Part shown: piece after piece, positions 62,614 through 64,000 of the stretch
Layout: the number at the start of each line of letters is the position of its first letter
How positions within the stretch are numbered: position 1 is the first letter of the stretch
NCBI GenBank assembly: GCA_900319485.1
Contig: ONOQ01000003.1
Coordinates: forward strand, 1,223-65,222
Direction: 5' to 3'
DNA length: 64,000 nt
Source: an uncultured Bacteroidales bacterium
GTDB lineage: Bacteria > Bacteroidota > Bacteroidia > Bacteroidales > UBA932
The notes under the pieces: generated by a model
What the model was told of the DNA's origin: nothing
What the model saw: the letters and a program-made list of their open reading frames with translations, nothing else
The model's database searches: none
Made by a program: the position numbers and the translations under genes

Positions 62614-64000
62614 ATGGAATTCAAATCAGTAAACAAGACATTGCAGGAGAGTTTCATCCGCAACTGGGACCGTCCGGCCCTCACCAACTACCAGGGTATG
62701 ACGCTTGCATACCGTGAAGTGGCCCTGAGGATTGCCAAACTTCACATTGCCTTTGAGCAGTGCGGCCTGAAAAAGGGCGACAAAGTTGCAATCTGCTCCC
62801 GCAACCAGGCCAACTGGGGCGTCAGTTTCCTCGCCGCCATCACCTATGGCGCAGTGGCCGTTCCCATCCTCCACGAATTCAAACCCGGAAACATACACTA
62901 TCTGGTAAACCACTCGGATTCCCGTGTCCTGTTTGTAGATGACGTTATCTGGGAAGGCCTCCAAGCGGAGGAAATGCCTGATCTCCAGGTTGTAGTCCAG
63001 ATCAATACATTCAAGTTCCTGTATGTTGCCTCCGAGGAACTCTCCTATGTCCGCGAGCACCTCAACGAGGAATTCGGCAAGCGCTATCCCAACACTTTCG
63101 GCCAGGAAGACCTCAATTATTATGAGGATTCCGCGGAGGAACTTGCCATCATCAACTATACTTCCGGCACTTCCGGCTTCTCAAAGGGCGTAATGCTGCC
63201 CTACAGGGCCCTCTATTCCAATATTGAGTTTGCCGCAAAGGACGCCTGCCCTATGCTTAAGGCCGGTATGAACGTAGTGAGTATGCTGCCGTCGGCCCAT
63301 ATGTACGGAATGATGTTCGAGTTCCTCTTTGAGATGACCATCGGCATGCACGTGCACTTCCTCAGCCGCGTTCCCAGCCCCAAGATCATTATGCAGGCCT
63401 TCCAGGAAATCCACCCGGATATCATCATCGCCGTGCCTCTTGTGATGGAGAAAGTGTACAAGAGCAAACTCAAGCCGCTCATCGACAAGACAAAACTCTA
63501 CAGGCGCATCCCCATCCTGGGCCCCACCATTGAGAAAAAGTTCTGCACGGAACTCACCAACTCCTTCGGCGGCCAGTTTGAGGAGGTAATCCTTGGCGGC
63601 GCCGCCTTCAACCCTGAGGTTGAGAAATTCCTCCACAAGATTGGCTTCCACTATACCGTGGGCTACGGTATGACGGAATGCGCCCCCATCATCGGCTATG
63701 CCCACTGGGACAAGGTGAAGGTTGGAAGCGCCGGCCGCGCAGCCCTCAATATGGAAATCCGCATTGACTCCGACGACCCCCGTAACATCCCCGGAGAAGT
63801 CCAGGTGAAGGGCCCCAACGTGTGCCTGGGCTATTACAGGAACGAGGAAGCCACCAGGGAATCTTTCACCGACGACGGCTGGTTCCGCACCGGAGATATG
63901 GGTATAATTGACGAAGACGGCTACCTCTTCCTGAAGGGCCGCTCAAAGTGTATGGTGCTTGGACCTTCCGGCCAGAACATCTATCCTGAAGAAGTTGAGG
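62614..64000 (+). CDS. AMP-dependent synthetase/ligase (long-chain fatty-acid-CoA ligase-like), 3' end outside window
   Basis: It is absent from the ORF track because no stop lies within the window. Hand translation from ATG 62614 is open to 64000 and contains the motifs YTSGTSGFSKGVMLPY, GYGMTEC and GWFRTGDMG. Confidence 0.9.
   Translation, partial: MEFKSVNKTLQESFIRNWDRPALTNYQGMTLAYREVALRIAKLHIAFEQCGLKKGDKVAICSRNQANWGVSFLAAITYGAVAVPILHEFKPGNIHYLVNHSDSRVLFVDDVIWEGLQAEEMPDLQVVVQINTFKFLYVASEELSYVREHLNEEFGKRYPNTFGQEDLNYYEDSAEELAIINYTSGTSGFSKGVMLPYRALYSNIEFAAKDACPMLKAGMNVVSMLPSAHMYGMMFEFLFEMTIGMHVHFLSRVPSPKIIMQAFQEIHPDIIIAVPLVMEKVYKSKLKPLIDKTKLYRRIPILGPTIEKKFCTELTNSFGGQFEEVILGGAAFNPEVEKFLHKIGFHYTVGYGMTECAPIIGYAHWDKVKVGSAGRAALNMEIRIDSDDPRNIPGEVQVKGPNVCLGYYRNEEATRESFTDDGWFRTGDMGIIDEDGYLFLKGRSKCMVLGPSGQNIYPEEVE

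Overview
The window looks like a Bacteroidales (Bacteroidota) chromosome. Evidence: many lipoproteins with a Cys lipobox, TAnnTTTG '-7' promoter boxes close to start codons, a UpxY-type antiterminator, GH92/GH3 genes and type V pilin-like genes. All family calls rest on motifs read by eye. No homology search or folding program was run.

Layout:
- (1) 1-2300: housekeeping edge with typA (5' partial), DUF177/yceD-like, rpmF and tRNA-Arg(CCT).
- (2) 2493-11604 (-): type V (FimA/Mfa-class) pilus-like operon 1. It encodes four pilin-like lipoproteins, including a 770-aa protein with a lectin-like C-terminus and a 1342-aa protein with six tandem Ig/BACON-like modules. A polytopic membrane AraC regulator (11803-12900) lies just upstream.
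- (3) 12972-35883 (-): a tightly packed 23-gene capsule/EPS operon. It carries 2 outer-membrane proteins, a 3-amino-3,6-dideoxyhexose module (2 WxcM/FdtA-like cupins, aminotransferase, formyltransferase, FemAB/GNAT-like), 8 glycosyltransferases, 2 pyruvyl transferases, Wzx, Wzy, an acyltransferase, Wza and a Wzc-like kinase with a (YG)15 tail. The initiating sugar transferase and a UpxY-like gene are transcribed divergently (36126-37970, +).
- (4) 37996-41550: a compositionally patchy islet. It holds a Fic-fold protein with a degenerate active-site motif, a DUF5106/thioredoxin-like lipoprotein, and an AT-rich XRE-HTH fusion gene bracketed by two about 92%-identical, highly structured 137-bp direct repeats.
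- (5) 41557-52688 (-): type V pilus-like operon 2 (DUF3575-like OMP, anchor-like lipoprotein, five pilin-like lipoproteins up to 1079 aa), with a divergent transmembrane TPR-AraC regulator.
- (6) 54751-64000: YpfJ-like metallopeptidase, GH3, GH92, a 52-bp tandem hairpin repeat between divergent promoters, an unknown 704-aa membrane-anchored protein and a 3'-partial acyl-CoA ligase.

No CRISPR array, transposase, integrase or reverse transcriptase was seen. The best candidates for something undescribed are the 137-bp structured repeat pair with its cassette, the 52-bp hairpin array, and the two pilus operons with giant lectin-tipped subunits.
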